Shown here: piece by piece, positions 1-15,049 of the stretch
Numbering within the stretch: position 1 is the first letter of the stretch
How the letters are laid out: each line of letters starts with the position of its first letter
Assembly (NCBI RefSeq): GCF_018350175.1
Contig: NC_058368.1
Span: 101,372,001 to 101,436,000 of the forward strand
Direction: 5' to 3'
DNA from: Felis catus
Taxonomy: Eukaryota
Length of the DNA stretch: 64,000 bases
The notes under the pieces: generated by a model
The model's database searches: none
The model's input: only the letters and a program-made list of their open reading frames with translations
What the model was told of the DNA's origin: nothing
Program-made: the position numbers and the translations under genes

Positions 1-879
1 TTTAATCCTCCTTCATCTTATTTCTACCCCTTAGACAGAAGGAAAAAAAATCTATCTTCACATATTTGGTCTGGCAATAGCCATCACACATCCTCTCACT
101 TCTTCTTCTCCAAGAGAAACACAAGTTTCAGCTATTACTCACATATTAATTACAATTTCCACATCGTCTAACATCTTGGATCTAATCTACAGTCTAGATT
201 CTAGATTAAGTCTTTTTAAAAAATGTGGTATCCAGATGTGATCTCCCTACTTCATAGGCCAAAGAATGTCCACTGCCCAAGATGAAGACAACATGTCTAT
301 TACATTAGTCCAAACCTGCACTTGCTATTTCAGGATCCTAATCACAGTTTGCTCTGTCAAAGAAAATCCCCAAGGCTTTTGTTTTTAAACCTGGGATAAC
401 TATAACAACATACCTATTGTCCGAAAGATTGTTTCAACTACAGAAGTTGACATTTGTCCTTGTTAAACTTTAGTTCAATGACTTAGGCCTGGCATGCTAG
501 GCAGTCATGAGCCATTACCTATTCATTCTGTTCAATCTACCACCCACTTTTGGTTTATCTCAAAAAAATGCTAAGTGTGCCCTACCGCCTTAAAAAGTCT
601 TAGAGAGGTAAGTCAACAGGATGGTGGGTCAGTATTCAACTGTTCTTCCTCTGGCAACCGAAATGCATGGGTTCCCAGAGCTCTGTCTCAGGAGGTCTCC
701 TCTCCTACTACCTGACCTCAGGGGATGATCTTAACTACCTACCATCACATATCCTAAGCACTTCCAAAACCAGATTGCAAAGTCAAAACCCCCTCCAGAG
801 ATTACATCTGTATCTCTGTCTCCAGTATTCCCTATGTATCTCAAACTCAAAAGTGAGTAAAAACCTGAGATCATAATCA

Positions 880-1821
880 TTTCAATAACAAATACCTATC
901 GAATACCTAGGAGATGTGGGTAAAACAAAGTCTTGTGAACCTATATTCTGAGGGAAGACAAACTATGAAAATAGAAGTGGATGTTTAACGTAATTCTAAG
1001 TAAATACTAGGATGAAAACAAGCAGAACGAGCATATAATTAGCTCCTGGGGGCAGAAGAAGGCCTATTTAAGACAGAATGATCAGAGAAGGCCTCACTCA
1101 GGCTATTTTGAACAGAGACCAGACAGTGCCTCTAACAAAAGAGTCTTCTATAGATCCTGAGGGGGACTTAGGGAGCATGTCTGAGGAACCACAGAGAGGC
1201 CAGGTTGGTGAGAACAGACTATGTGAATAGAAGGCTGACAGAAATGAGGTCACAAAGGAAGCTAGTAGATAGATCACATAAGGCCGTGTAGGACCTGGTA
1301 AGAAACAAGAGTTTTATTCTATGTGTAATGAGTAGGAGAGGTTTTAAGCAGAAGAGTACATAATCTGACTTTTGGTTTAAAAGTCTCAACCTTGGTGGAT
1401 ATGGATTTAACAAGCTACCGGGGTCAGGAAAGAGGACAGAATTCTGAGTTAAGAAGTAACTGTAGTAATCTAGGAAAGAGATCAGGAATATTTAAACTAA
1501 GGTAAGTAGTGAAGAAGGTGGCTGAAAGTGGTTCGTTTCCAGAATCTGTACTTAATACAGAGTCAAGAGAATTTGCTGACAAACTAGATGTGGAACGAAA
1601 CAGAGTCAAGGGTAACTTGCCTTGTAGCCTGAGGAGCTCAGTAAAAGGTATTGCCATTTATTAAGATGGGGATCAACAGGAACAAATTTATACAGGAGGG
1701 AGACAAAGAGCCTGTCTCTAGACATGCTCCCTTTGATTTGCTTAGCAGAGAATCAGTTGGCAGTGTAGTACAGGCACCCGAACAGCCAAATGTAGAGTCC
1801 AGTGAAGAGGTTGGAGATACA

Positions 1822-1871
<50 letters not shown>

Positions 1872-2110
1872 GCATAACTGTGTTTAACTTGTATATGATG
1901 CTAAGAAAGTGGATGATAATACTTGAAGAAGTGTAAAAACAGAAAAGAGGTTCAAGGACTGGGCTTTGGGGCAAGCCAATAAAGCCAGCAGAGGCTGAGG
2001 GGGGGAAAAAAAAGTTCCGGCATGAAAATTGCCAAGGGGAGACCAGTGAATTCAGTAGAAGAGTAGGAAAGTATAGGAAGGGGAGTCAAGTTGAGGAAAT
2101 GTTTGAGAAA
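880..2110 (-). mobile_element. L2 LINE fragment (antisense) with internal (AC)n
   Basis: Purine-rich L2-like sequence (GAGAGGTTTTAAGCAGAAGAGTACATAATCTGACTT; ATTGCCATTTATTAAGATGGGGA). Confidence 0.7.
1823..1868. repeat. (AC)23 microsatellite
   Basis: Direct read. Confidence 0.97.
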
Positions 2111-4073
2111 GGGAAAGATCCAATCAGGTGAGGGTGAGGGAGGGTTGGCTGAGAATCACTCTGGGAAGAGAAGGAATTGATTAGGGAAAGCAGTAGGATG
2201 CGAGGGTAGCACTGAATATCCCTTAAGGCTTGAGACCTTAAACCTCCGTAACCATTTCTCTAGCTCCTGTTCGTCTTTCCTCCTTCATCTTATCATGGCT
2301 ATTCCTGTTCAGCCTTTATTTTCTTTTACAACTCATTATTGCTTCCCTGGCCTTCCTGACTTTGGATCCATACTCCTCTATTCTGCAACAACTGTTCTAA
2401 AATGAAGATCTCACTTCCTTATTCTCTTACATAAAAATCTTCATTTAAAAAATAAGTTTATCAAATTTCTACCTTTCCCAAGCAGGTTTTATCATCTGAA
2501 CCATAGAACATAAAAAATGATCTGATTATTTTCTCCACCTTCTCTTTAATGGCACACAAATCTACCATTGCTGAAGCACAGGAGGAAGTGAATCCACCAG
2601 CAACAGTGCCTGCTGGCAGGCATTATGGCTTAATTCTCCCAGGAAACCCTGGCTGAGAACGTCTACGGGATCAAGTCTAATCTCAAAATGAAACAGAAGA
2701 TCATTTACATGCCATAGACGTCTCCACCTTATTTCTTGAGACGTCTCTTCCCTTCTTCCTATATCAAGCTACCTACAATTTCCTTAATGCCGAGCCTATT
2801 TCCAACTTCTTTGTTTGGAATTCCCTTGGAGTCTCTGTGGTAGTATCTACTAATCTTTATCAAAGTGGAAGCATGATCTTATCCATGAAACACTTCCTCC
2901 TATTCCCTAATGCAGAACCGAGGTCTTCCTTCTTGGTAGGTATATGATAGCGATCTTCAGCCATCTGATGGGAAGTCATGTAGAAGACAGAACAAACATG
3001 ATCTCAGCTATATGGAAGGCCACACAGGACCAGAATGTTATAGTCCTAAGTTTGTCAAGTAATGAATTTGTCTTCAACTGTCACTGGGTTTAGCATGTCA
3101 ATCTGGACAACCAGGTCATTTCCAGGACACTGGTTTCTGAAAATACAGATTTGGGACAGTTACAAATATTTCACTTGACCCCAAAGGCCCCAAATGAGCT
3201 GGTGGACTATTAATTGCTTCAAGGTTAACTAAAGCTTCATCTCTTTGGGGAAAAAGTTTATGTGTAACACCAGAGGATGCATTATTTTATGAAAAGAAAA
3301 TATTCCACAAAAATAATCTGCTCTTTCACAGTTAAAATAATCCTTCCACACTGGTTCCAAAAGATGACCAAAAAACACTGATAGATTAATAACCATCCCC
3401 CACCATGATACAAATCATTAGGTACACATAAGCTTAAAATATTAAATTATGAAATACTAATATACGTGAGTCTAACTAGATGTAATTTTATTTACTATAT
3501 ATATCCCTTCACCTCTGCTTCCTGAATTGGTGGGCTGTTAACTAGTTAGCACCTTGTCAGGCAGGACAAACCTCCTCATACTAAGTAGATGAGCTCCATT
3601 TTACTATTAACTCCTTTTGTGCTGAAGGGCAGAAGTACATTTAGATGGCTGCATGCTGTTCCACCAATATTACCGCGACTCCTTCAGGTAAGTTTTCCAA
3701 GTACTGAAGAAGTTATACGTTGTTTTAAAACAATCAGGTAAATAAAGTGAAAATAAATCAACAGAAAAGGCGTATACACTGTAGACGTAGTAATCACACA
3801 GGGGGATTCTCAGAGAATTTAGCTTGAAAAGATTTCATCCTATTCAGGCAAACACTGCTTTTTTTCTCCCCAATTAATCAATTTTACAGTGGCTTATGAA
3901 GTTTTAGGAAATGGATCACATCCTAGCTGACCATATTCTTACACGACAGGGCACACATTGTGCTGGATAAGTTGTTACTCTCAAATGTATTTAGGTTGGA
4001 AAAAAAACAGCAATCCTATCAAGTTTTTGACAAGACTAATTCAAATAGCCACTTACTAGACAACCTCAATTCC

Positions 4074-4076
4074 TTT

Positions 4077-4107
<31 letters not shown>

Positions 4108-4299
4108 GTATTTATTTAGTTTGGGAGAGTGAGCATGTGAGCAGGGGAGGGACAGAGAGAGAGGGTGAGAGAGAATCCTAGGCAGGCTCTACACTCTCAA
4201 CACAGACTCCATTGTGGGGCTCGAACTCATCAACTCTGAGATCATGACCTGAGCCAAAATCAAGTTAGATACTTAACTGACAGAGCCACCCAGGTACCC
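4074..4299 (-). mobile_element. CanSINE
   Basis: Reverse tRNA-derived head, (GA)n, poly-T. Confidence 0.9.
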
Positions 4300-6114
4300 T
4301 TCGTATTTCATTTTCTAAGCAGAGTTATTATAAACTAGTCAAGAAATAGACAATTCAAGCTGAAATGGTGGGAGAAATTGTATATGATGGTAACTGACAA
4401 GATAATTATCAAAATGACAACCAAGCAAAAATTACTTTGAGTTTTTTTTTCAGCCGTTATACAGACACTGTTTTGTTTTCTTTTTGCAATAGAAAGATCA
4501 ATTATGGCACAAGTTGGATCTGTCAAAATATTAACTAAGAAAGTTTTTCTGATTTGACTTTTGCAAAACTTAACACAGGAAAACTCTTCAAAAGCATTTA
4601 AAAAAATGGTTCCACAATAAACTCTGCTTGCCTTAAAAGCTAAATGAAAAATTCTAAAAAATTAAATATTTGATAGCTCACTCAGATTCAATGAATAAAG
4701 GATACTTGAGAACTGTAAATCCAACTTAATATAAAAGACACATTTAAGGAAAACTAGTATATTGCTTAAATATGTGTGAGGGCCTCTAGTTTTTAAAGTT
4801 TGGTTATTTGAACACTTCTTAAGAATGGATGGTTTGGAGTACTGTTAACTTTTTCTTTTTTTAGATTTTTTTTTTTTAACCCACTGGTTTTTCAAATTTT
4901 TAATGGTTGTAAATTAAGGGCGTTAAAATTGAAACAGTTATTTGAAAGCCCAAGGCCTTGGGGACTTCTGCTTGGTCTACTCGTAAAAGACTACCTGCCC
5001 TCCTCTACAAACACAAATGGAACGACATGCATGAAACAACTGTGTTTACACATTGGAGAATGGGCAGCACAGGACCATCACCACTGACAGAGCAGAGATG
5101 AATGAGTCCAGCCCTACAATAATTCTAGCATTTTCCAGACTAAGGCTCAGAGAAGGGGACACCCAGCAGAGCCTCTCAATCTTGCTAAGTTGAGGCAGCA
5201 GAGAGGAGACTAAAGAGGCTGCGGGAACTCGAGGTGGTGAGGAGGAGGGAGATGTGCAGAAAGTGAGCGCTGGAGACCAGCAGAGTAGTCCCCTCCAGTC
5301 CGAGGTGAAACCCTGTGAGGCTAGGTGAAGTACCACTAGAAAGTTCGAAGATACAGCATTCCCAGAGCTCAGTCAGGAATGAGAATAGTGGGCATTCCTC
5401 CTGGTCTGAGGGGAGAGATTGTCATATGCTAGGCATCTTACCATACAGCCCACGGCTACAGGCTCTTCTCATTTTGCCCTAGCAAAACTCAAAAGGATTA
5501 AACTCAACCCAAATAACCTCACACACCAAGATCCAGAAATCAACAATGTAAACTTAACAATTTATGGCATCTAAGAAAAAATGACCAGTCATTCAAAGTA
5601 ATATAAAAGTGTCCCCCATAACCAGATGAAAAAAACAAAAGAAAGAGACCTCAAAATGACACGCACGTTGTAACTAGTAGATAACGTATTGTAAATATAT
5701 TCCAGATACTCAAGAATGTAAAGGAAAACACGAACATGAGGAAAAGTGCTTAAAAAAAAAGGAAAAGGCCTAAGTGAACCTTATAGAGATGAAAAATACA
5801 GTATATGAAAGGAAACATTGTGCTGAATTGGATTTGTGGCAGATCAGACCCTTCAGAAGAACCAATGGTCAACCGGAAGTCGCAGCAATAAAATATATCC
5901 AAGATGAAGCAGTGAGAGGAAAAAAAAGACTTAAAAAATAATTCAATTCTCTCTGAGACAATATGAAGTAGTACAATACATGCACGCTGGACTCTAATCA
6001 GGAGAGGAGAAAGAGACACAGGAAAAAATTTTCAGTAATAAAAACCCAAAATGTTCCAAGCTTGATAAAACCCTATAACCAAAGCAGCTCCAAGACTCCA
6101 AGCAGGGTGCACAT

Positions 6115-6116
<2 letters not shown>

Positions 6117-6144
<28 letters not shown>
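6117..6144. repeat. (AC)14 microsatellite
   Basis: Direct read. Confidence 0.96.
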
Positions 6145-6148
<4 letters not shown>

Positions 6149-6515
6149 TCACAAGGCCCATCAAAGTCCTAATGCTGAAAACTAGGGATCAAGAAAAAAA
6201 AAAAATCTTAAACCAAGTGAGAGGAAAAAAGAGACAGAGATAGAGGGCCAAGATAACAAGGCCAGCAGATTTTTCCATCAAGAACGAAACAAGCCAAAAT
6301 GCTAATGTAACAACTTTACAGATTGAAACAAAAAGCTGTCAACCCAGAATTCTATACCCAGTGAAAATATATTTATTTCAAAATGAGAGATAAACACTTC
6401 TTCAAGCAAAAGCTAACAGCATATATCGCCATCAGATCCATACTACAAGAAATGTTATTTATGTGGTTAATAAAAGAGGCTTTTGCTTCAAAGTTTTCTT
6501 TAAAAACTAACTCTT

Positions 6516-6727
6516 GGAGTGCCTGGGTGGCTCAGTCAGTTGGGCGGCCGACTTCAGCTCAGGTCATGATCTCAAGGTCCGTGAGTTCCAGCCCCGCGTC
6601 GGGCTCTGTGCTGATGGCTCAGAGCCTGGAGCCTGTTTCAGATTCTGTGTCTCCCTCTCTCTGACCCTCCCCTGTTCATGCTCTGTCTCTCCCTGTCTCA
6701 AAAATAAATTTAAAAAAATAATAAAAA
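6516..6727 (+). mobile_element. CanSINE (felid type)
   Basis: A/B boxes, CT-rich segment, A tail; TSD TAAAAACTAACTCTT. Confidence 0.93.
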
Positions 6728-7096
6728 TAAAAACTAACTCTTAAAAGCAAAAATATATTTTAGGATAATTTATGGAGAAGCAAAATGTATGATGGTATCA
6801 ACACAAAGAACACATGCCTGATATACACTGATGTAAACTTATTACACTACACGTGATATGGTATAATAGCATTATTAGCATCAATAATTAATTATAATAA
6901 TGGTAGTAGTTGTGTGCTAATAATAAGTTAAAACTGAGTATTTTAAGCCTTAAAGCAACCCTCCCAAAAAGCAATGAAACAGACACTGGTAATAAAGCAA
7001 TAGTAAAAATAAAATGGGATCATAAGAAAAGTCAATGAATCCAAAAGAAAGCAGGAAAAGACCAAAAAAAAAAAAAAAAAAAAAAAGAACTAAGAG

Positions 7097-7325
7097 AAGG
7101 CACCTGGGTGGCTCAGTATCTGACTTCAGCTCAGGTCACAATCTTGCGGTACATGGGTTCAAGCCCCATGTAGGGCTCTGTGCTGACAGCTCAGAGCCTG
7201 CAGCCTGCTTCAGATTCTGTTGTCTCCTTTGCTCTCTGCCCCTCCCCTGCTTGCATTCTGTGTGTGTCTGTGTGTGTCTCCCTCTCTCTCTCAAAAATAA
7301 ACATTAAAAAAATTAAAAAAAAAAA
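7097..7325 (+). mobile_element. CanSINE
   Basis: TSD AAAAAGAACTAAGA. Confidence 0.9.
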
Positions 7326-8022
7326 AAGAACTAAGAAACGATGGAACAATGGAAAAGCAACAACAAAACAGATTTAAACCCAAGCATAGCAAAAAACAAG
7401 TAAAAAAAACCTAAGTGTGCCAATAATTACGTGTTAATTGTAACTGGTTGGTCAGAGCCCTGAAAATAACTTTCGAAAATATTCTAGTCTGCATCCTGCT
7501 CCAGTCTCTTGGTGGAGGGCAGTAAGCCATCCTGCCATTGGTTATCTTCTCCCGTTTGTAGCTATGTCATTAACCACTCTTATTAGAGTTTAATTTCAGT
7601 ATTTGAAAGAAGTGTTATTTTCAGGGTTTTTGATTTACTCAATAACTTAAGTGTAAATCGGTAAGTACTGAACTTTTGCTTTTTGGAGTAAGATCAGATG
7701 GTCTCATTTTTAAAGATGTCATTTATTCCAGGATTAAATTCTTAAAATTACCTTCTAAGTTCTTGATGCTTTTTTATTAGCATCTGATTAGCAACAGATT
7801 AAAAGGTGCTATCTTCTTTTTTCATACACAGGTAGGCTTTTTTCCTAGAGTATTCATTTTTTGAACAAATAATACATTTGCAGGGTTCAAAATCAAAAAA
7901 GCAGCCAATACCTTAGAGAGAAAGGCGTTCCTGCTACTCCTGACCCATCCATTCAGTTTATCCAAAACAGTATACAATCGTTGTACTTTGTTACTCCACA
8001 GATTTCCTATAAAAGTTATTAC

Positions 8023-8112
8023 CTTTTTCTTTACGAGTGATTCTCTTTCTCGGTCTCTTTTCTTCCATTCCTCTGCAAGAGCCTGCATATGAGCCAACTC
8101 CTTCTGCTTTAG
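8023..8112 (-). CDS. CEP120: CEP120 coding exon 14 ([30 protein letters not shown]), coiled-coil start; gene continues beyond the left edge
   Basis: Acceptor GTGTAG|, donor AAG|GTAATA; 90 nt; cumulative CDS 2106 nt = 702 codons. Confidence 0.97.
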
Positions 8113-8287
8113 CTACACAAGGAAGAAAAAGTCACAAAAAGCACATCAATATTTCAAACACACAAATCGGTCGTTCTCTGTTAAATACTACTGATCACCA
8201 GTATGTTTCCTTCAGACCTCCTCTTTTATTCTTAAACCAAAGAGAATGCCTGAAGCAAGGGATACCCACAAGAGTATAAACTAAAAT

Positions 8288-8512
8288 GGGGCGCCTGAGT
8301 GGCTCAGTCGGTTGAGCATCTGACTTGGGCTCAGGTCATGATCTCACAGTTCGTGGGTTTGAGCCCTGTGTGGGGCTCTGTGCTGACAGCTCGGAGCCTG
8401 GAGCCTGCTTCGGATTCTGTGTCTCCCTCTCTCTGTGGCCCTCCCCTGCTTGCTTGCACGCACTCTCTCTCTCTCTCTCTCAAAAATAAAACGTAAAAAA
8501 AAATTTTTTTTA
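8288..8512 (+). mobile_element. CanSINE
   Basis: GGGGCGCCTGAGTGGCTCAGTCGG head, (CT)n, A tail. Confidence 0.93.
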
Positions 8513-8883
8513 AACTGAAGTGAAGACCTGTTTTCTCTCTTTATTGTGTAAAGAGAGATGGTTCTAGGCTCCAGGAGGATATGGTAAACGAGGGCCTGAA
8601 ATTAAAAGAAATGTTCACTTTCTCAAACACTGACTTCGAACCTTCAGTCCCAATTTTGTCCAGAAGTCATAGACAAGGGGATCCTTCTGCATGGCTTCTG
8701 CCAAACTATCATTTATCGAGTTATTTTTTTATTCTGTTTTTCTCTCAGAGTAAAGTATTCTTGCTATTAAGAGGGCTAGATAGGGTACCCGTGGAATAGA
8801 GAGAGAAAAAAAAAGTCTACTATGGAGAAGAAAAATATTCTAAGTAAACCAATAAAAAAAAAAAGGTTTCAAAGTAACACTTA

Positions 8884-9045
<162 letters not shown>

Positions 9046-9116
9046 CTAAAACATGAATGAAAACATATTGAAACAAACACACTCATACACACAATGCATT
9101 CGATCCACTACAGTCA

Positions 9117-9263
<147 letters not shown>

Positions 9264-10510
9264 TTAAAATTTGTGGAAACACTATGATTTTTCCTTTTAT
9301 TTCCCCGATGTTATAGCACTGAGCAGGTCACATTTCTTGTATCTGACACTCGCACTACTCAAACCTCGAGACCTTCCATATATGCATTTTACCTGATCAC
9401 GGAACTCTTACATACAGACCTACGTTTACTACAAGAAGACCTACATTAGCTATAGATTATTTTGGAGAAATTTAAACTCTTACTGCCCAAAGGTAATTAC
9501 TGCTAAACTTTCATTTCCTTCCTCTCTTCTGTTTTACATATGTGCAGATACACATGCAGATACACATTGTCCCTTTTTCTCCATTTACATCTGGAGCATT
9601 TTCTCATGTCATCAACCTTCATTCAAAAATGTTTAAGTTTTAATGCCTGTAAAATATACTAATAAAATTACACAGTAAAACTAAGACAAAAACTAATTTT
9701 CCTACTCTTGATTATGTAGATTCTTCTGAATTCTTACTCTACTATTTTCCTGGGATGAAGCACTTGTACATAAATCTTTTACTGGATGTGAGCACTGCCT
9801 CAGGGTAATTCCTAAAAATAGGATAATTATATGTTATTTTTATCATAAAGAGCATCTCTCTGTCTCGTACAGCTGCATGTAGCATTTACCAGAACATCAG
9901 AGGAAAATACAGTCTTGCCTACGAGAAACGTGGCCTTGTCTAAAATCTATTCCATAAAGCCTTGGTCAAGCAAAAACTTCAATGACTGGAACCCACACAA
10001 ATAAACTCTTAATAATCATTTTTACATTTTCATCTAATCTCACAACTTGTAGAAGAAATTAATAAAATACACCAAAGCACTAAGTCTCCTAAAACTTCTC
10101 TGTCTACAGAGCAGGGCAACACAAGTTCACATTCATAACCAACAGATTTAAAATAACTAGTAATGATTTAATTATTTTCATTGTGTTCTACTTAATGCGA
10201 CAAAAGAATGGGATTTTTGGAAGAATTTTCAGTTCACCAGAAGATGTGCTTCTCTAAAACACCTGCTGCCAGATCCTCCAAGTGAATAAAAGTTTTACTA
10301 ATTCTTTGCTCTCTGGAAGGGACTATAGATGGGGAAGAGCAAGGGAAGGGATTTAAATACTACTTTCAGATCTCAGCTTTTTACTGAGCCTGATTTCTTT
10401 GTACATTCTAATTATGCTTCAAAAACCAAGGCATGTGATGTATAATTTTAAAGTGTATTTAAATTTCTACTGCTAAATTTAAAAAGACGTATTTAAAATA
10501 GATGTATTTT

Positions 10511-10736
10511 GGGGCGCCTAGGGTGGCTCAGTCGGTTAAGCATCTGACTATGGCTCGGGTCACGATCTCACAGTTCAGGAGTTCGAGCCCCACATCAGGC
10601 TATGTGCTGACGGCTCAGAGCCTGGAGTCTGCTTCGGATTCTGTGTCTCGCTCTCTCTCTGCCCCTTCCCCGCTCACTCTGTGTGTGTGTGTCTGTCTCT
10701 CTCTCTCACAAATAAACATTAAAAAAAAATTAAAAT
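10511..10736 (+). mobile_element. CanSINE
   Basis: TSD AAAA(T/C)AGATGTATTTT. Confidence 0.93.
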
Positions 10737-11216
10737 AAAACAGATGTATTTTGTGTAAGGTATGTGAACTTCAGTTTTCCATGGTGGCACCAGATTCCAG
10801 GGCATAGAAACCATACTCATTTTTTAAAAGTGCCAAACATTTGTAACATTCTCAGAAAATAGATTTGAAGCAAAAGTTAAAATATTTTCAAGTAGAAAAA
10901 CAGTCATTCCCAAAGCAAAATAATGTAAAAATACATTATAAATCTGACCTGGAATTACTAAACACACAAACAACATAGTGGGAAATTAAAACCATCAGGC
11001 TTAACAGAGAGGAGGGAAACATTTAAGATCCTAGGTGTTAAGAGTCTTAGAGGGTACAGTGGGATCAGAAAGGTAAACAGTACTAAAAAGCCAATTAGAA
11101 TACAGCCCCCCGAGGTCAAAGAAGGACCATCACCACCAAAACGACAGGGAAGCGTAAGGCTGTACCCAGCCAATGAGAACAAAAAGCAGGCTATGGATAT
11201 TTTGGGAAATCCGTTA

Positions 11217-11429
<213 letters not shown>

Positions 11430-12124
11430 TTATCATTTCTGAACCAAGTCAGTAGTAGATCTTTGAGTTGCCCAAGCACCAAGATGTTTCTGTTACCTGG
11501 GTCGGAAAGGCTCCATTCCACGGGTAACAAACAGAAAATACCATTACAGTTTCTACACCTCTTTCTGTGCAATAAAGAAAACCCACGAAGTGCTATTTTT
11601 TACTCTTCCTTCCTCCTTGTAAAATAATATACACACTTGAATTGAGTAAAAAGACGTTTCAGATCTTTTTCTTCACAAATCCATTTCAGATAGGTGCATT
11701 AATAACACCTTCATTTTATACAGATGAGGCAACAGAAAAAGCAACCAATTCACTACAGTCAACTGGTGCATCCGTGATAAAACTAAATAGCTTGTTCCTA
11801 CTGATCTTCACATATTATGAAAAGCAAGACAGTAGTCTTTCAAATCGTCTTCCTTACTCACAGATAGTATTTAACACAGTTCTAACCTCCAAATTCAGAC
11901 AAATAAGATATGAAAATCTGCGAAGAGTCTCCATAACTTCATAAAACTTCAGAGCAGAAGCACCCACGTCACAGACATTCCTAATTACATTACTAATACG
12001 TGTGTGTCCAAGTTATCAGATGCAGTAACTGCTGTGGATCTAAATCTCTAGAAACTCCTCTTGTCAGTAACAAGATACGCATTTTCAAGAGTGGCTTCGT
12101 GTCATACACACCATATTTACGTTA

Positions 12125-12361
<237 letters not shown>

Positions 12362-12832
12362 TTAAAGGATAAAATGGATATAACAAATAGAATTTTTAGA
12401 ATACGTAAATGGTACCAATACATTGTGGTTCTAATCCTGTCATCACCTTTAAAATTCTGCAAATATTGTCAGCAATTCTAGAGGAAATGCATTATGTGTA
12501 TATAGCACTAGTTCCCAAAGCTGCTTTATAAGCAATCTTAAGATGAACTTGAGGGCAAGAAGAAGTCTGGTATTGTGAAGGCTGTAACACCGAAAAAGGA
12601 AGAGAGAATCATTCTCATACACTCCCAATGACTCTAAAATTTAGGAATGACAGTGACGCCAAACAAAGACCAAGCTGCCCTTTGTCCAGGAGTCCCTTGG
12701 GGGCATGGCTCCTGTGTTTTTCATCTCTGTCCTCCCAGCAAAAATAAGCACTTTTTGGCATATAGTAAATGTTCAGGAAATACCTGCTGAATTTAATTTC
12801 TAAACTTACTTTATTTATTTAATAATGTCTTG

Positions 12833-13050
12833 GGGGCACCTGGGTGGCTCAGTCGGCTAAGCATCTGGCTGATGATTTTGGCTCAGGTCATGATGTTATC
12901 ATTTGTAGAAACGAGGCCCGCATCGGGCTCTGTGCTGACGGTGTGGACCCTGCTTGGGAGTCTCTCTCTCCCTCACTCTCTGCCCCTCCCGTGCTCATGC
13001 TCTGCCTCTCTTGCTTTCAAAATAAATAAACATGAAAAAAAATTTTTTAA
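12833..13050 (+). mobile_element. CanSINE
   Basis: Head, CT-rich segment, tail. Confidence 0.9.
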
Positions 13051-13994
13051 TCATGTCTCGATTTTTATGGGCTGAAAACCCCTAGTCACCTCTCAGAGGG
13101 TGCACCCATGGTAAGATTCTGTCTTTGAGAATCAAGGATGGAAGCGGTGATTCAAGGAGTGACAAGACTCTTTCTTCCTTTCTTCACAGAAACCACACCT
13201 GATTAAATGGGAACATGTCTGACTACTGCTGAACTTACTCTGTATTTAAAGCCAAAGAGAAAGACAACTTGAGGCTCACTTCAGTTTCATCTCGTGTCTC
13301 GTTATGCGTTACGAAAACGGGAATTTAAAGACTAGTAACGAAAACTGCTTTTCCTGCAACGAGAATCCCGCGCGTTTACTCCATTTCTACATAATGACAC
13401 ATGCAGTGAAATCAGCTCATCTCACAAATCCCATTCCACAGGTGCCAACCAGTTTCACACCAGTGAGAGCATGATGACATAAAATTTATGAAACGGAAAG
13501 TTAAATGGCCAGTGTCTTAAAAAATGCCACAAAATGACTAAAAGACAGAACCAACGGCCCTTATCATCAAGTGAATTCCAAGTGGAGTGTTAAGCATATC
13601 ATAACTGTTTCCTCGGTTTAGAGTATTTTTCCCCTTTTCTTTGCCAAGCGAACGTCTAGCCTTCCTCGTATGTGGACTTATTTCTCAGTCTGTCTTGTTC
13701 ACTAGGTTGAGCTCTTTGTTTACGTGGCCCATACACTCCTAATACCTGGCACACTGCTGGCATAATGTGGGCACTTAATGATTAAACAAATGGCCCATAT
13801 GACAAGACGGAACCACAAAAACTAGGATGCGTGCCTGCTAAGGGGGCTAGTACAAGGCTTCCCCCTCACAGCTTCTAACTGTAGATCACCTCGATATTTC
13901 TATGCTTCTAGCCAACACTATCTCTAGGTACCCTAAGATCACATTCTCTAGTAGCAGCAGAAAAGAGATCTCGGTTAAAAAAGTAGAGGGATAG

Positions 13995-14200
13995 GGGCGC
14001 CTGCATGATTCAGTCGGTTGAGCGTCTGACTCCTGATTTCAGCTCAGGTGATGATCCCAGGGTCATGGGATGGAGCGCCATGTTGGGATCCACGCTGAGC
14101 CTGGAACCTGCTTGAAATTCTGTCTCTCTCCCTCTGCACCTCTGCCCTGCTCGTGCTCTCTCTAAATAAATAAAATCAAAATAAATTAAATAAATTAAAA
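13995..14200 (+). mobile_element. CanSINE (older subfamily)
   Basis: Head, CT-rich segment, tail. Confidence 0.88.
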
Positions 14201-15049
14201 ACAGAGGAAGACAAAAAGAGTAGAAATACTAGTAACAATTCTTTTTCTAAAAACAATTTTAAGAGAGGTTTTATAAACCCTTTGAGAAAAGCTCTGTCTG
14301 TTAGAGACAAGCTTTTTCTCCCTCAATTTTCAAATAACATATTAATAATTATTTTCAGCCTCTGAGAAGAGGTAAACAGTACAACTTAAGCTGTGATGGA
14401 AACAATGCCATTCTGTGAATTCACAGTCACACCCAGTGCTGGGTCCTTTTGATTTTGTCCATCGTTCACATCCAAGCTGAGAGGCTTCTGGATAGAGCTG
14501 GAGAGGAATCTAAGACATGAAGGAGTAGATACAAGTATGAGTTAACTTATGCATTTAAAAGGCACGTATGCCTCAAATACCAGCAGGAAGCAGTGCACAG
14601 CTGTGGACGTTCCTGGAAACGGCAGTCCAAGACGACAGAAAGATTTTCTCATTTTAGTTGCATCAAGAGCACCAACCTTGTTAGAAAGGCTAGTGCATGC
14701 TCTGAAGAAATTTGTAAGGAACAACTAACCACTCCCAACTAAAACACATTAATATATTACATTTGATATACATTTCAACCAGAAGGTTTATGAAAATGTA
14801 TTATTGTTAATAACAGGCTATTGAGTAGAGCCATTTAACTGACTGAAATATATAAGTATTTCAACTCTTTATATGGAACAGGGTAGACACACTCCACGTG
14901 CAACCATTAAGGATGGTTCTCAGAGTCTCATTTATCAAGTAGTAGAGATACAACTTCCCATTATAATACAGTTTCATAGAAAAACAAGACATTACACTTT
15001 CCTGAATTTGCCGTGACGCCTTTTCTAGAAACAATGCTTTTTTTTCCCA

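Larger units (their letters stand above)
4960..7450 (+). mobile_element. Ancient L1M 5'UTR/ORF1/inter-ORF remnant interrupted by two SINEs and an (AC)n
   Basis: A-rich strand bias; ORF1 C-terminal-like AACCCAGAATTCTATACCCAGTGAAAATAT at about 6341. Confidence 0.7.

Noticed and set aside
2730..2790. Minus-strand TTGTAG|GTAGCTTGATAT vaguely resembling the start of CEP120 exon 15
   Set aside because: Immediate stop codon and no downstream similarity
8288..8370. tRNA-like A/B-box sequences here and at every SINE head
   Set aside because: tRNA-derived SINE heads followed by CT-rich segments and A tails, not tRNA genes
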